From Dehalococcoidia bacterium UBA5620 (GTDB lineage Bacteria > Chloroflexota > Dehalococcoidia > GIF9 > UBA5629): a DNA stretch of 64,000 bases. Position numbers and translations under genes: made by a program. Location: contig DIKK01000031.1 of the NCBI GenBank assembly GCA_002423605.1, positions 87,847 through 151,846 on the forward strand, written 5' to 3'. Below the pieces are notes generated by a model that was given only the letters and a program-made list of their open reading frames with translations, was not told the DNA's origin and did not search any database. This document shows, piece after piece, positions 38,055 to 48,656 of the stretch (position 1 is the first letter of the stretch; each line of letters begins with the position of its first letter).

Positions 38055-38318
38055 TTGGAAAAAGAGAAAAAAACAGCTATCATCTCTGATTATAAAGTCC
38101 ATGAGACTGATACTGGCTCTGTAGAAGTGCAGGTGGCGGTACTCACCGAGAGGATAACCGAGCTCGCCGAACATTTGAAAGTTCATCCTCATGACCATCA
38201 TTCCCGTCGCAGCCTTCTGAAGTTGATAGGACGAAGACGGCATCTGCTGGGCTATGTTAACAGGGAAGACAGCAAGCGTTATCGTAGCCTTATTGGCAGG
38301 CTGGGTTTAAGGAAATAA
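38055..38318 (+). CDS. rpsO: 30S ribosomal protein S15
   Basis: 87 aa, '[17 protein letters not shown]...HPHDHHSRR'. TTG start after AAGGAG. Confidence 0.9.
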   Translation: MEKEKKTAIISDYKVHETDTGSVEVQVAVLTERITELAEHLKVHPHDHHSRRSLLKLIGRRRHLLGYVNREDSKRYRSLIGRLGLRK

Positions 38319-38336
38319 GAAAGAAGGTCGCGGTAT

Positions 38337-40547
38337 ATGCCCCAATCTTTTCAGTGCATCATCGGTGGTAAGATTCTCACAATTGAAACGGGCAAGTTGG
38401 CCCAACAAGCTGAAAGCGCCGTTACTGTTCGCTATGGCGGTACAATAGTTCTGGTCACTGTTTGTGTTGGCGAAGCTAAAGATAAAGATGCTGATTTTCT
38501 CCGCCTCACAGTAGATTACGAGGAACGGCACTATGCTGTGGGCAAAATCCCGGGCAGCTTTATCAGGCGAGAAGGACGCCCCAGCGAAAATGCTACTTTA
38601 GCTGGCCGTATGGTTGACCGTTCGATACGTCCTCTTTTCCCCAAAGGTCTGCGTAATGAGATTCAGGTTATAGTTACTGTCCTTTCTACCGACCAGGAAG
38701 ACGACCCTGATATTCTGGCGCTCATCGGCGCATCGGCGGCTGTGACCATCTCATCTATTCCGTTTAGTGGGCCTATAGGTGCAGTACGCGTTGGCTATCT
38801 TGACAACAATCTGATATTGAACCCGATATTACCTGAGATGGGCCGGAGCCTCCTTGACCTGGTGGTTGTCAGCACTAGGGACAAAATTATGATGCTGGAG
38901 GCGGGAGCCAGGGAGGTGCCGGAGGAGATTCTACTCGATGCGGTTAAATTTGGACAAGATGACTGTCAAGACCTTATAAAACTACAAGAGGAGATGCGGC
39001 AGGCTATCGGCAAGCCCAAAATGGAGGTTGAGCTAGCTAAAGTTAAAGATGAACTACTGGCTGCGGTCTCCTCAGAATTCGGTGATAAATTGGCTCAAGC
39101 GGTTACTCACGGCGACCATGGTAAGCGTGACACGGCGATAGAAGAGGCAAAACAAGAGATCATCGGTAAGCTGAAAGAGACCTTTACTGAGGCTGAAATC
39201 TACGAGGCGATTGAATACCAGCTAAGAAAAGCAGCCAGGAAAAGCATACTTGAGAGGAAGCTGCATCTGGATGGCCGCCAGCTTAAACAGATCAGGCCTC
39301 TCAGCGCTGAGGTTGGCCTTTTGCCCCGTACACATGGGTCTGGGCTTTTTAGCAGAGGGCAAACTCAAGTCTTGACTATTACCACCCTTGGCTCTCGGGG
39401 GCAGGAGCAGTTGATCGATGGTCTTGGGCTAGAAGAGACAAAGCGTTTTATGCACCATTATAACTTTTCCCCGTTTTCTACAGGGGAAGTGAAGCGCCTG
39501 GGAGGGACAAACCGGAGGGAGATCGGGCATGGCGCTCTGGCAGAGAGGGCTCTGGCTCCGGTAATACCAAGTGAGGAAGACTTCTCTTATACCATACGTC
39601 TGGTTTCCGAAGTGCTTAGTTCCAACGGCAGCACTTCTATGGCCAGTGTCTGCAGCTCGAGCTTGGCGTTGATGGATGCGGGAGTGCCTATTAAGGCTCC
39701 GGTGGTAGGGATAGCCATGGGATTAGTGACCGGTGACGATGGTGATTATGTGGTGCTCACCGATATTGAGGGCAAAGAAGACCATTATGGCGATATGGAT
39801 TTCAAAGTTGCCGGTACAGGCCTGGGTATAACTGCCATCCAACTTGACGTGAAGTTGCAAGGTATTAGCTACCAAGTTGTGTCCCAGGCTGTAATGCAGG
39901 CGCGCGAAGCCCACGCAGAGATATTTGAAAAGCTGAAGCAGGCCATCGATTCCAGCCGGCCTGACCTTAGCCCTTATGCTCCAAGAATGTACAAGATAAG
40001 CATCGATCCCGGTAAGATAGGCGCCGTGATTGGTCCCGGGGGCAAGATGATTCGGTCTATCATTAATGAAACCAAGGCGACTATAGATGTTGAAGATAAC
40101 GGGACGGTGACTATCGGTTCCTCCACCGAAGAAGCGGCGCGAAAGGCAATCTCGATTATAGAGGGGTTGACTAAGGAGGCAGAGGTTGGCGCCACGTATA
40201 CAGGGAAGGTTACCCGGTTAATGAACTTTGGCGCTTTTGTAGAAATCCTGCCCGGTAAAGAAGGGCTAGTTCATATAAGTGAGTTGTCTGACCACCGTGT
40301 GGCCAAGGTGGAGGACGTGGTTAAGGTTGGGGACGTGATTACGGTCAAAGTCATTGAAATTGACCATCTTGGCAGGGTGAATTTGTCACGTAAGGCTCTT
40401 CTTACGGGTTCGAATGGTGATGACGATGGCGGAGTCGGGGCACCTGCTTCAGTGGAGCGTCGGTCATCAAATCAACCGGGACAACGTTCTGGTTATCCAC
40501 GGCGCGATGACAGAGATAGCCGACGTCCTTATCCTTCCCCCAAATAG
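38337..40547 (+). CDS. pnp: polynucleotide phosphorylase
   Basis: 736 aa. Two RNase PH domains, KH and S1 'GKVTRLMNFGAFVEI'. Gly/Arg-rich tail. Confidence 0.95.
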   Translation: MPQSFQCIIGGKILTIETGKLAQQAESAVTVRYGGTIVLVTVCVGEAKDKDADFLRLTVDYEERHYAVGKIPGSFIRREGRPSENATLAGRMVDRSIRPLFPKGLRNEIQVIVTVLSTDQEDDPDILALIGASAAVTISSIPFSGPIGAVRVGYLDNNLILNPILPEMGRSLLDLVVVSTRDKIMMLEAGAREVPEEILLDAVKFGQDDCQDLIKLQEEMRQAIGKPKMEVELAKVKDELLAAVSSEFGDKLAQAVTHGDHGKRDTAIEEAKQEIIGKLKETFTEAEIYEAIEYQLRKAARKSILERKLHLDGRQLKQIRPLSAEVGLLPRTHGSGLFSRGQTQVLTITTLGSRGQEQLIDGLGLEETKRFMHHYNFSPFSTGEVKRLGGTNRREIGHGALAERALAPVIPSEEDFSYTIRLVSEVLSSNGSTSMASVCSSSLALMDAGVPIKAPVVGIAMGLVTGDDGDYVVLTDIEGKEDHYGDMDFKVAGTGLGITAIQLDVKLQGISYQVVSQAVMQAREAHAEIFEKLKQAIDSSRPDLSPYAPRMYKISIDPGKIGAVIGPGGKMIRSIINETKATIDVEDNGTVTIGSSTEEAARKAISIIEGLTKEAEVGATYTGKVTRLMNFGAFVEILPGKEGLVHISELSDHRVAKVEDVVKVGDVITVKVIEIDHLGRVNLSRKALLTGSNGDDDGGVGAPASVERRSSNQPGQRSGYPRRDDRDSRRPYPSPK

Positions 40548-40593
40548 CCTCAGATCTACCTCCGCCTTCAGCTAAACTTGGAGGATGACTACT

Positions 40594-41400
40594 ATGAAAC
40601 CGATAGCTGTGCTAGTCTACGGTGCACTGGGCAGGATGGGCAAAGAGGTTATTGCTGCTGTATGCCGGGACCCTGAGTTGAAGATCGTGGGGGCGGTTGA
40701 CTTAAAAGCTGATCAAGGTATGCTGCCTTTGCCTGACGGTTCCGCAGAAGTACCACTTTATGCAGACGTGAGTTCCATGTTAAAGAGCTGGCACCCTCAA
40801 GTTCTGGTGGATTTTACCGTCGCTGAGGCTTCTATGATTGCAGCGCGAGTTGCCGCTAAACAGGGGGTAAATCTGGTCATAGGCACCTCCGGCCTTTCAG
40901 ATGATAACCTGAAGGAGATCGACCAGTTGTGTAAAGCGAATAATGTGGGCGCAGTGGTAGCTCCTAACTTTACTATCGGGGCGGCAGTGCTGCTGAATGC
41001 AGTTAAAGCTGCGGCTAAGTTCTTTGACTTCGCTGAGATTATCGAGATGCATCATCATGAGAAAGTTGATGCTCCATCAGGGACTGCGTTGGCTACTGCC
41101 AAAGCTATGCGGCAGTCACGTGGTAAACCTTTTAGTTATCAAAAAACCAAAAAAGAAACCATCAGCGGCACTCGTGGTGGGGAGTTTGACGGCATAGCCA
41201 TCCATAGCGTAAGATTACCTGGATTTGTCGCTAGCCAGGAGGTTGTGTTTGGTGGGATAGGACAGACGCTGAGCGTCCGCCATGATACCATAGGGCGAGA
41301 GTGTTATCTGCCCGGTGTTATTCTGGCTATAAAAGAGGTGGTGAAGCGGCAGGGGCTCATTTATGGGTTGAATACATTATTGAGTTTAGGAGAACAATAA
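40594..41400 (+). CDS. dapB: 4-hydroxy-tetrahydrodipicolinate reductase
   Basis: 'IAVLVYGALGRMGK', 'EIIEMHHHEKVDAPSGTA'. ATG 40594 chosen by RBS spacing; the ORF also opens at 40585. Confidence 0.85.
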   Translation: MKPIAVLVYGALGRMGKEVIAAVCRDPELKIVGAVDLKADQGMLPLPDGSAEVPLYADVSSMLKSWHPQVLVDFTVAEASMIAARVAAKQGVNLVIGTSGLSDDNLKEIDQLCKANNVGAVVAPNFTIGAAVLLNAVKAAAKFFDFAEIIEMHHHEKVDAPSGTALATAKAMRQSRGKPFSYQKTKKETISGTRGGEFDGIAIHSVRLPGFVASQEVVFGGIGQTLSVRHDTIGRECYLPGVILAIKEVVKRQGLIYGLNTLLSLGEQ

Positions 41401-42422
41401 TGCAGTGCAACGTAGCTATTGTTGGTGCCACTGGTCTTGTAGGTCAAGAGTTCATCAAAGTGCTGCAGCAGCGCAACTTCCCCGTGACCTCGATCAGCCT
41501 CTATGCTTCCGATAGGTCGGATGGTAAGAAGCTGTACGTGGGTCATCAGGCAATCATAGTCAAGGAAACGACGCCTGAGTCCTTCGATAATGTTGACATT
41601 GCGCTTTTCTCGGCAGGTTCGGAAGTCAGCCGCTATTTTGCTCCCATTGCAGCTAAGGCTGGGGCGCTTGTTGTTGATAACAGCGCTGCCTGGAGGATGG
41701 ACCCGAAGGTCCCGCTGGTGGTACCTGAGGTAAATGCCGAAGATATAAAGCTGCATGATGGCATCATTGCCAATCCGAATTGTTCTACTATTCAGATGGT
41801 GGTGGCTCTATATCCGCTGCACAAGGTTAATCCCATTAAGCGGATTGTGGTTTCTACCTATCAAGCGGTTTCCGGCACCGGCTCTGCCGCCATGGAAGAG
41901 TTGACTACCCAGACTAAGTTGGTTCTGGAAGGGCAGAACGTTGTTCCCCATGTGTATCCTCACCAGATAGCCTTCAATTTGTTGCCGGAGATAGATGTGT
42001 TCTTGGATAGCGGTTATACCAGGGAAGAGTTGAAGATGGTGGAGGAGACCAGGAAAATAATGCATGCTCCAGATATAGCTATCTCGGCGACCTGTGTGCG
42101 GGTGCCTGTGTTTATCGGGCATAGTGAGGCGGTAAATGTTGAGTTCACTGACCCTATAGCCCCTGATGATGCCAGGCGTATACTGGCTGAGGCGCCGGGA
42201 GTCAAGGTGCTGGATGACCCCAGCGTAAGCCTTTATCCTCAACCCTGGTTGGCTGCTAATTCGGATGATACCTATGTGGGACGCATCAGAGCGGATGCTT
42301 CTCATCCCAGGGGTCTGGTGATGTGGGTAGTGTCCGATAACCTGCGCAAGGGTGCGGCTCTTAATGCGGTTCAGATTGCTGAGGAGGCGGTGAAGCGGGG
42401 TTGGGTCAATCGACAGAAATAG
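41400..42422 (+). CDS. asd: aspartate-semialdehyde dehydrogenase
   Basis: 'VAIVGATGLVGQE', active-site 'IANPNCSTI'. TAATG overlap with dapB. Confidence 0.85.
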   Translation: MQCNVAIVGATGLVGQEFIKVLQQRNFPVTSISLYASDRSDGKKLYVGHQAIIVKETTPESFDNVDIALFSAGSEVSRYFAPIAAKAGALVVDNSAAWRMDPKVPLVVPEVNAEDIKLHDGIIANPNCSTIQMVVALYPLHKVNPIKRIVVSTYQAVSGTGSAAMEELTTQTKLVLEGQNVVPHVYPHQIAFNLLPEIDVFLDSGYTREELKMVEETRKIMHAPDIAISATCVRVPVFIGHSEAVNVEFTDPIAPDDARRILAEAPGVKVLDDPSVSLYPQPWLAANSDDTYVGRIRADASHPRGLVMWVVSDNLRKGAALNAVQIAEEAVKRGWVNRQK

Positions 42423-42442
42423 TCTACTCAGGAAGGTTGCCC

Positions 42443-43336
42443 ATGAACAAATTCGGTCGCTTACTCACCGCAATGGTTACCCCTTTTGATGCCCGGGGGA
42501 AAGTTGATTATGCCCAAACAAAGAAATTAGCCAGGGCTTTGCTGGATTCTGGCAGTGATGGGCTGGTGTTAGCCGGCACTACTGGCGAGTGTGCCACGCT
42601 AAGCCATGATGAGAAGTTGCGCCTCTTCTCCGAGGTCAAGTCGGTTGTTGGCAACAGAGGCACGATTATAGCCGGCACGGGTAACTATAATACTGCCGAG
42701 AGTTTGGAGCTAACCAAAGAGGCTGAGAAGACCGGCATTGATGGTTGCCTTCTGGTTGTGCCTTATTACAACCGACCTGCTCAAGATGGGCTATACCAGC
42801 ATTTTAGGGCGATAGCGGAAGGCACCCGCTTGCCCTGTATTATTTACAACGTCCCATCACGTACTGTAACCAACCTGAATGCTGAAACTGCTGTCAGCCT
42901 GAGCAAGATTGAAAACATCGTTGGCATCAAAGAAGCCAGCGCTAACTTTGACCAGATCGGTAAGATTATCACTGGCGCCAGGAAAGATTTCCTGGTTTAT
43001 AGCGGTAACGATAGCGATACCCTCTCGGTATTGGGACTTGGTGGCTATGGAGTTATCAGCGTTGCTTCGCACCTTGTCGGCGTCCAGATACAACGGATGA
43101 TGGAGGCTCTCCTCCAGGATAAGAATAAGGAGGCAGCCGAGTATCACCATAAGCTGATGCCGCTGATAAACGCTCTGTTCGTAGTGGCTAACCCTATGCC
43201 GGTTAAGTATGCGCTGAATTGCTTGGGTTTCAAGGTAGGCAAGCCTCGCCTACCGCTCACCGAACCAGATGAGAAGTCAAAAGCCGTCATTGAGCAGACG
43301 TTGAAGAACTACAAGATAGATTTGCCGATAAAGTAA
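42443..43336 (+). CDS. dapA: 4-hydroxy-tetrahydrodipicolinate synthase
   Basis: 'AMVTPFD', 'GLVLAGTTGECATLS', 'YNVPSRT'. Confidence 0.85.
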   Translation: MNKFGRLLTAMVTPFDARGKVDYAQTKKLARALLDSGSDGLVLAGTTGECATLSHDEKLRLFSEVKSVVGNRGTIIAGTGNYNTAESLELTKEAEKTGIDGCLLVVPYYNRPAQDGLYQHFRAIAEGTRLPCIIYNVPSRTVTNLNAETAVSLSKIENIVGIKEASANFDQIGKIITGARKDFLVYSGNDSDTLSVLGLGGYGVISVASHLVGVQIQRMMEALLQDKNKEAAEYHHKLMPLINALFVVANPMPVKYALNCLGFKVGKPRLPLTEPDEKSKAVIEQTLKNYKIDLPIK

Positions 43337-44023
43337 ACAATAGGTAAGGGGTCCTAATCCCCTCTGGCCCACCATTGAAGCTGAAACACCAACCATTTGA
43401 GATAGATTCCGAACCCTCAGTCCTGTCTTCTATTAGCGCAAACGGTGAATTAAGTCCCATTTTGCGATAGTTCCGTTCTCAATATTTAATCGCTTAATCA
43501 CTGTCTCGTAGAGTAAACGCTTTTCATCAAAGTTCGCTTTATCATAGAGGAAGTCCAACTCAGTTGCGAGTTGTAGGGCTACATCAAACTAAGCTTTGAC
43601 CTATTCTATTGACATCCCACCCCACCCACCCAACATATCTACGTGTTGTGAAATAGCTTTTAATGCCTTTCGTGGGAAAACACCATTACATTTTACCGGC
43701 GAATGAATGAAGCGCGTTTAATATGGAATCAGTTGAAGTACCATAGCAGTTAAGAGTTGGGGTTAAGGAGGCTTGGCAGGGTCGAATAGGTTATAATAAG
43801 GAAGCGATACAGCTGGAGTAAATTCTAATAAGGAGCTAACAAGGAAGGAGAGTTCAGGGACAGGGTAGACAAGCTAGAGAGGCTTGTGAGCAGGTTGACG
43901 TTATAGAACGAGTTTTTAAAAAGGTATTGCAAAATGGCCTCAGCCAGTCGGCAAGAAACGGGAATTCATTATGGCAATGGAGGCATTAACTTTCCGCACT
44001 TTGAAGCAGTGCTTAAAATTAAC

Positions 44024-45850
44024 ATGAGTTACCGAGACGATTTAAGAAACATAGTCATCATTGCCCATGTAGACCACGGCAAGACGAGCCTGATTGACAT
44101 GATGTTAAAGCAGAGCAAAGTCTTTCGTGATAATCAGCAGATGGGTGAATTGATACTCGATAGGAATGCACTGGAGCGGGAAAAAGGCATTACCATTCTG
44201 GCCAAGAACGCAGCGGTAACTTACCGCGGTGTGAAGATAAACATAATAGATACACCGGGACATGCTGATTTCAGTGGGGAGGTAGAGCGGGTGATAAATA
44301 TGGCAGACGGCTGTCTGTTGCTGGTTGACTCAGTTGATGGGCCCATGCCCCAGACTAGGTTTGTGCTCAAACATGCGTTGGACGGGGGGCTAAAACCGAT
44401 TGTAGTCATCAACAAAATCGACAGGGAGAATTCCAGAATATCTGAGGTGGTGAGCCTGACTCAGGACCTTTTTCTAGAATTAGTTACCGACGCCGATCAG
44501 CTTGATTTTCCGGTACTGTATACCAGCGCCAGGAACGGCACCGCTACCATTGACCCGGGGAGAGAAGGGGAGGACCTTATACCACTATTTGAAGCGATAC
44601 TCCACCATGTCCCGCCACCTCGTATTGAATCCGGCCTATTCCAGATGCTAGTATCTAATCTGGATTACAACAGCTACAAGGGCAAACTTGCCATCGGCAA
44701 GATTTACCGTGGGAGCATTAAGCCCCATGATAAGGTCAGTGTGCTGGGACTGGATGGTAACGTTAAGAACTATGAAGTGAGCGAGGTATTTACCTTTATG
44801 GGGCTAAACCGCGTGGAGGTAGAGGAGGCAACCGCAGGCGATATTGTGGCCATAACTGGCGTGGAGACAGTAAGCATCGGGGATACCATAGTCAGTCCCG
44901 ACCAGCCCGATGCCTTGCCTCGGATCGAGGTAGGCGACCCTACGCTGAAGATGATGTTCAGCGTGAACAGTTCACCGTTCGCCGGTAGAGAGGGGAAATA
45001 TTGCACCTCGAGGCAGCTCCGTGAGAGGCTTTACCGGGAACTGGAAACAAATCTCAGCCTCAGGGTTCAGGATACCGAAACGCCCGATGTTTTCCTGGTA
45101 TCGGGCAAAGGAGAGCTGCACCTAGCTATACTTATTGAGACCATGCGCCGTCAGGATTACGAGTTTGAAATATCAAAGCCGGAAGCTATAACTAAAGAAG
45201 TAGATGGCAAGGTTATGGAACCTGTGGAATCTCTCATCATTGATACGTGCTCCGAATATGTGGGTGCCATCACGGAGATTTTGAGCAAGCGCCAGGCTAA
45301 GTTGACCAATATGTATAATGACGGGGAAGGAAATGTGCGCATGGAATTCCACATCCCTACGCGCGGTCTAATTGGTTTCCGCAGCACGTTTTTGACCGTC
45401 ACCCGTGGTGAGGGAATTATGAATACATTATTCCTGGGATATGAACCGTCGTATGGAGATATCGTTTCCACCCGTAGCGGCATGCTGGTAGCTTCTGAAA
45501 ACGGCACTGCAGTTACCTACGGGTTAAACAATGCCCAGGGCAGAGGTATAACATTCATCGATCCGGGCACACAGGTTTACCAGGGGATGATAGTGGGAAT
45601 GAATTCTCGTGGGGACGACCTTGCGGTCAATGTCACCAAAGAGAAGAAACAAACCAACATCCGTTCTTCCACATCCGATATCGCGGTTAAGCTGACGCCG
45701 CCTTTGAAGTACAGCCTTGAAGAAGCGCTGGACGTCATCAGCGATGATGAACTGATCGAAGTGACACCCAAAAGCATCAGGCTGCGCAAACGATTGCTGA
45801 CACAAAACCAGCGTGCTAGGGCGCGCCACGCCTCCAGCAAAGATGACTAA
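44024..45850 (+). CDS. typA: translational GTPase TypA/BipA
   Basis: 'IAHVDHGKTSL', 'DTPGHADF', 'NKIDR'. ATG 44024 preferred; the ORF also opens at 43934. Confidence 0.85.
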   Translation: MSYRDDLRNIVIIAHVDHGKTSLIDMMLKQSKVFRDNQQMGELILDRNALEREKGITILAKNAAVTYRGVKINIIDTPGHADFSGEVERVINMADGCLLLVDSVDGPMPQTRFVLKHALDGGLKPIVVINKIDRENSRISEVVSLTQDLFLELVTDADQLDFPVLYTSARNGTATIDPGREGEDLIPLFEAILHHVPPPRIESGLFQMLVSNLDYNSYKGKLAIGKIYRGSIKPHDKVSVLGLDGNVKNYEVSEVFTFMGLNRVEVEEATAGDIVAITGVETVSIGDTIVSPDQPDALPRIEVGDPTLKMMFSVNSSPFAGREGKYCTSRQLRERLYRELETNLSLRVQDTETPDVFLVSGKGELHLAILIETMRRQDYEFEISKPEAITKEVDGKVMEPVESLIIDTCSEYVGAITEILSKRQAKLTNMYNDGEGNVRMEFHIPTRGLIGFRSTFLTVTRGEGIMNTLFLGYEPSYGDIVSTRSGMLVASENGTAVTYGLNNAQGRGITFIDPGTQVYQGMIVGMNSRGDDLAVNVTKEKKQTNIRSSTSDIAVKLTPPLKYSLEEALDVISDDELIEVTPKSIRLRKRLLTQNQRARARHASSKDD

Positions 45851-46120
45851 ATAGTTAGTCGACAACTGCTAGCTACAAGCGACGGTTGAAAGACAATAGA
45901 CCATGACCCTTAAGTTTGCTTCCCTGCTCCTAGTAGCATTTATTATGCGTTAGACATTTCCGTAGGAACGCTGGCGGCTTCAGACATAATACACAAGTTC
46001 AGCGAAATAGTGGACTTTACGAAGTGATATAATTCACTGATCAACCTCTGTTCGGTACTGTGGAAAGTACTCAAGTGTGATCCCAGGATTATACTGACTA
46101 AATGGCCATGATGAAGGCGT

Positions 46121-46522
46121 GTGAGTATGAATAATGTGGCAGAGGCGTTCCTTTTTGCTGGCGGAGTCTACAATCTGGGGTTTGTCATCTTTCACCTCAT
46201 GTTCTGGCGGATTTTCTGTTGGAAGAAAGACTTAGCTTCGCTTACTTTTACCAACCGCCAGGTGATGCAGATTCTTAATCTCTGTATCATTTTCGTGTTT
46301 CTGGTGATAGCATATGTATCATTCTTCCATGTCACCGAATTGCTCCGAACCGGCCTGGGCACTGCTATGTTGATTGCTTTTTCCCTGTTTTGGTTTCTAC
46401 GAGCCATTGAGCAGATAGTATTTTTTGGTCTCAGAAACAGGGCGTCGCTCATTCTCACTATAGTTTTCCTGCTGGGAACTGCCATCTATCTAATGCCACT
46501 ACTTTTGGACAAGCCTTGGTGA
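46121..46522 (+). CDS. hypothetical 4-TM membrane protein
   Basis: 133 aa, hydrophobic, no recognisable motif. Confidence 0.4.
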   Translation: MSMNNVAEAFLFAGGVYNLGFVIFHLMFWRIFCWKKDLASLTFTNRQVMQILNLCIIFVFLVIAYVSFFHVTELLRTGLGTAMLIAFSLFWFLRAIEQIVFFGLRNRASLILTIVFLLGTAIYLMPLLLDKPW

Positions 46523-46868
46523 GTCGACTTCCCCCTATTGACAAAACATCAAGCCAGCCCCACAATATAGCAAAGAAGCCGCACGATGGCAGTGGAACAT
46601 GTTACTGGTAAAAAGGCAAGGTAAAGTATATCTTGAGCATCTGTAATCGTACTCGACACCAAATCCGAAATTACAATTGACATAGGGAGTTACCCTTTAT
46701 CATCTCCTGCAAGAGGCGAGGAGTAGTAGCTTCAGGGGTACGGCATGCTGTGCCTACATTGCTTTACTGTCTATCAGTAGCCTTTCTGTATTCTTCGGCT
46801 TTGCTCAGAATACGAGAGGAGTTCGAAAGTTCGCAGAGTGTTGTCTTCTAAGATATACTATAGTATCT

Positions 46869-47468
46869 ATGGGCGATTCACCACTCCTGCATGCTCTGTC
46901 CAGGGGCGCGGTCCACATTGCAGTTGGCCTCACCATTGTGGCCGGTTCATGCATCCTGCCCTGGCTTATTCTGGTGGGATTGCTATCTTTAGCAACTGTT
47001 ACTCTTTTATCTCTGGACGCCGCCAGACTACGTGTGCCCCCTTTTAGACATCGCTGCTCGGTTTGGCTGGCCAGCTTTTTGAGAAAAGAAGAAGAGAGAA
47101 AGCTGACTGGAGCTAGCTATTTTCTGTTGGGCAGCCTTGTTACCGTCCTGGTATTTCCGCCGGATATTGCGTCACTGGCTATACTGTTCCTAGCTCTGGG
47201 CGACCCCGCTGCCACCATAGTTGGCACCTGGAAGGGACAAACTAGGTTTTGGGGCAAGAGCCTTGAAGGGAACATCGCCTGCCTTGTTGCCTGCCTACTG
47301 GTGGCAGTTGTGGTGGTTACTGCCAGGGACTATCCACCGCTGTTGGCAGCTGTGGTGGGAGCCTTTGTTGCCACCGTGTTCGGAGCGCTGCCATTGCGGA
47401 TAAATGATAACATCACCATCCCCTTTGGCAGTGCCTTGGCAATGCTGCTCATGAGATTAGTTATATGA
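46869..47468 (+). CDS. membrane protein resembling CTP-dependent polyprenol (dolichol/phytol) kinase / CTP_transf_1 family
   Basis: 6 TM. C-terminal 'FLALGDPAATIVG' resembles the GDxxAxxxG motif of dolichol kinases. Confidence 0.35.
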   Translation: MGDSPLLHALSRGAVHIAVGLTIVAGSCILPWLILVGLLSLATVTLLSLDAARLRVPPFRHRCSVWLASFLRKEEERKLTGASYFLLGSLVTVLVFPPDIASLAILFLALGDPAATIVGTWKGQTRFWGKSLEGNIACLVACLLVAVVVVTARDYPPLLAAVVGAFVATVFGALPLRINDNITIPFGSALAMLLMRLVI

Positions 47469-47531
47469 ATTATGGACATCTTAAGTATTGACCCCCGTAT
47501 AGCTGTTATATATACTTAGTTTATTGTCAAA

Positions 47532-48656
47532 ATGGTCAAACTGCTGCATACCGCTGACATTCATCTGGGTGGGGAGTTTGCTTTCTTGGGTGACAGGGGC
47601 AAAGAGTATCGGACCCAACTGCTTGCCACATTTGATAAGATAATTGATATGGCTATAGCTGAAAAGGTCTCACTTTTTCTTATAGCAGGTGACCTCTTTA
47701 ATACTAACCGTGTTCATGGAGTAGTTGTGGGCAAGGTGCTGGCTGCATTCAAAAAATTGGATGGCGAAGGCATCCGTGTATGCATCCTACCCGGAACCCA
47801 TGATGTTTACAACGACGAGTCTATTTACCGCTTTGTGAGCTTTCCACCAAATGTTACAGTGCTTACTCCAGAAAACAATCACCATATCTATCATGACCTT
47901 GATGCTACAGTTTATGGGAGAGCCTTCGATGGCAAAACCTACAGCGAAAGCCCACTTAAGGGGTTATCGCTGGTCAGCGAAACGAAGCTACACATCGGCA
48001 TGGCACATTGTTCCATTAAGATTCCAGAAAAAGTTGAGCGGGAGACTATGTTGCTAGACAGGAGCGAGATAGCTAATTCGGGATTCGACTATATGGCTCT
48101 AGGACATTGGCATTCTTTCCACGACTATAGTCAAGGGAGTACCAAGGCATTTTACTGTGGTTCACCAGAACCTATCTCCATGGACCAGGAGGGTGCGGGC
48201 AACGTAGTGCTAGTGACCGTACAAGGAAAGGGCGATGTCACCGTTACACCATGTCGGGTTGGTAGCAAACAGTTTGATGGCCTGCACATAAATATAGGGT
48301 TAGTTAACGAAACTGCCGACATCGTCAAGTTCATCGAAGCTAGGGCTAATCCGGATTTGATTCTTAAAGTGACATTAGAAGGCCTGTGTAGTACAGGCCT
48401 TAATCCAAATTCCAAGGAGCTAGAGGATTCTTTAGGCAAGCAATTTTTCTGTCTTAGAGTGATGGACAAGTGGCAGCCTAAGCTGGATGAAGTCACGACA
48501 GATAATTTCCCTGAGGAGACAGTGACTGGAAAATTCATCAAGCTCATGCGGGATAAAATCGCATTAGCTAGCAATGAAGAAGATAAAGAGTTATCCAAGG
48601 AAGCGTTGAAGCTTGGTTTTGCACTCCTACGAGGGCATCTTCAGGTGATCGAATGA
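47532..48656 (+). CDS. SbcD/Mre11-like metallophosphoesterase nuclease
   Basis: 'LLHTADIHLG' motif I, 'IAGDLF', 'LPGTHD'. Confidence 0.8.
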   Translation: MVKLLHTADIHLGGEFAFLGDRGKEYRTQLLATFDKIIDMAIAEKVSLFLIAGDLFNTNRVHGVVVGKVLAAFKKLDGEGIRVCILPGTHDVYNDESIYRFVSFPPNVTVLTPENNHHIYHDLDATVYGRAFDGKTYSESPLKGLSLVSETKLHIGMAHCSIKIPEKVERETMLLDRSEIANSGFDYMALGHWHSFHDYSQGSTKAFYCGSPEPISMDQEGAGNVVLVTVQGKGDVTVTPCRVGSKQFDGLHINIGLVNETADIVKFIEARANPDLILKVTLEGLCSTGLNPNSKELEDSLGKQFFCLRVMDKWQPKLDEVTTDNFPEETVTGKFIKLMRDKIALASNEEDKELSKEALKLGFALLRGHLQVIE

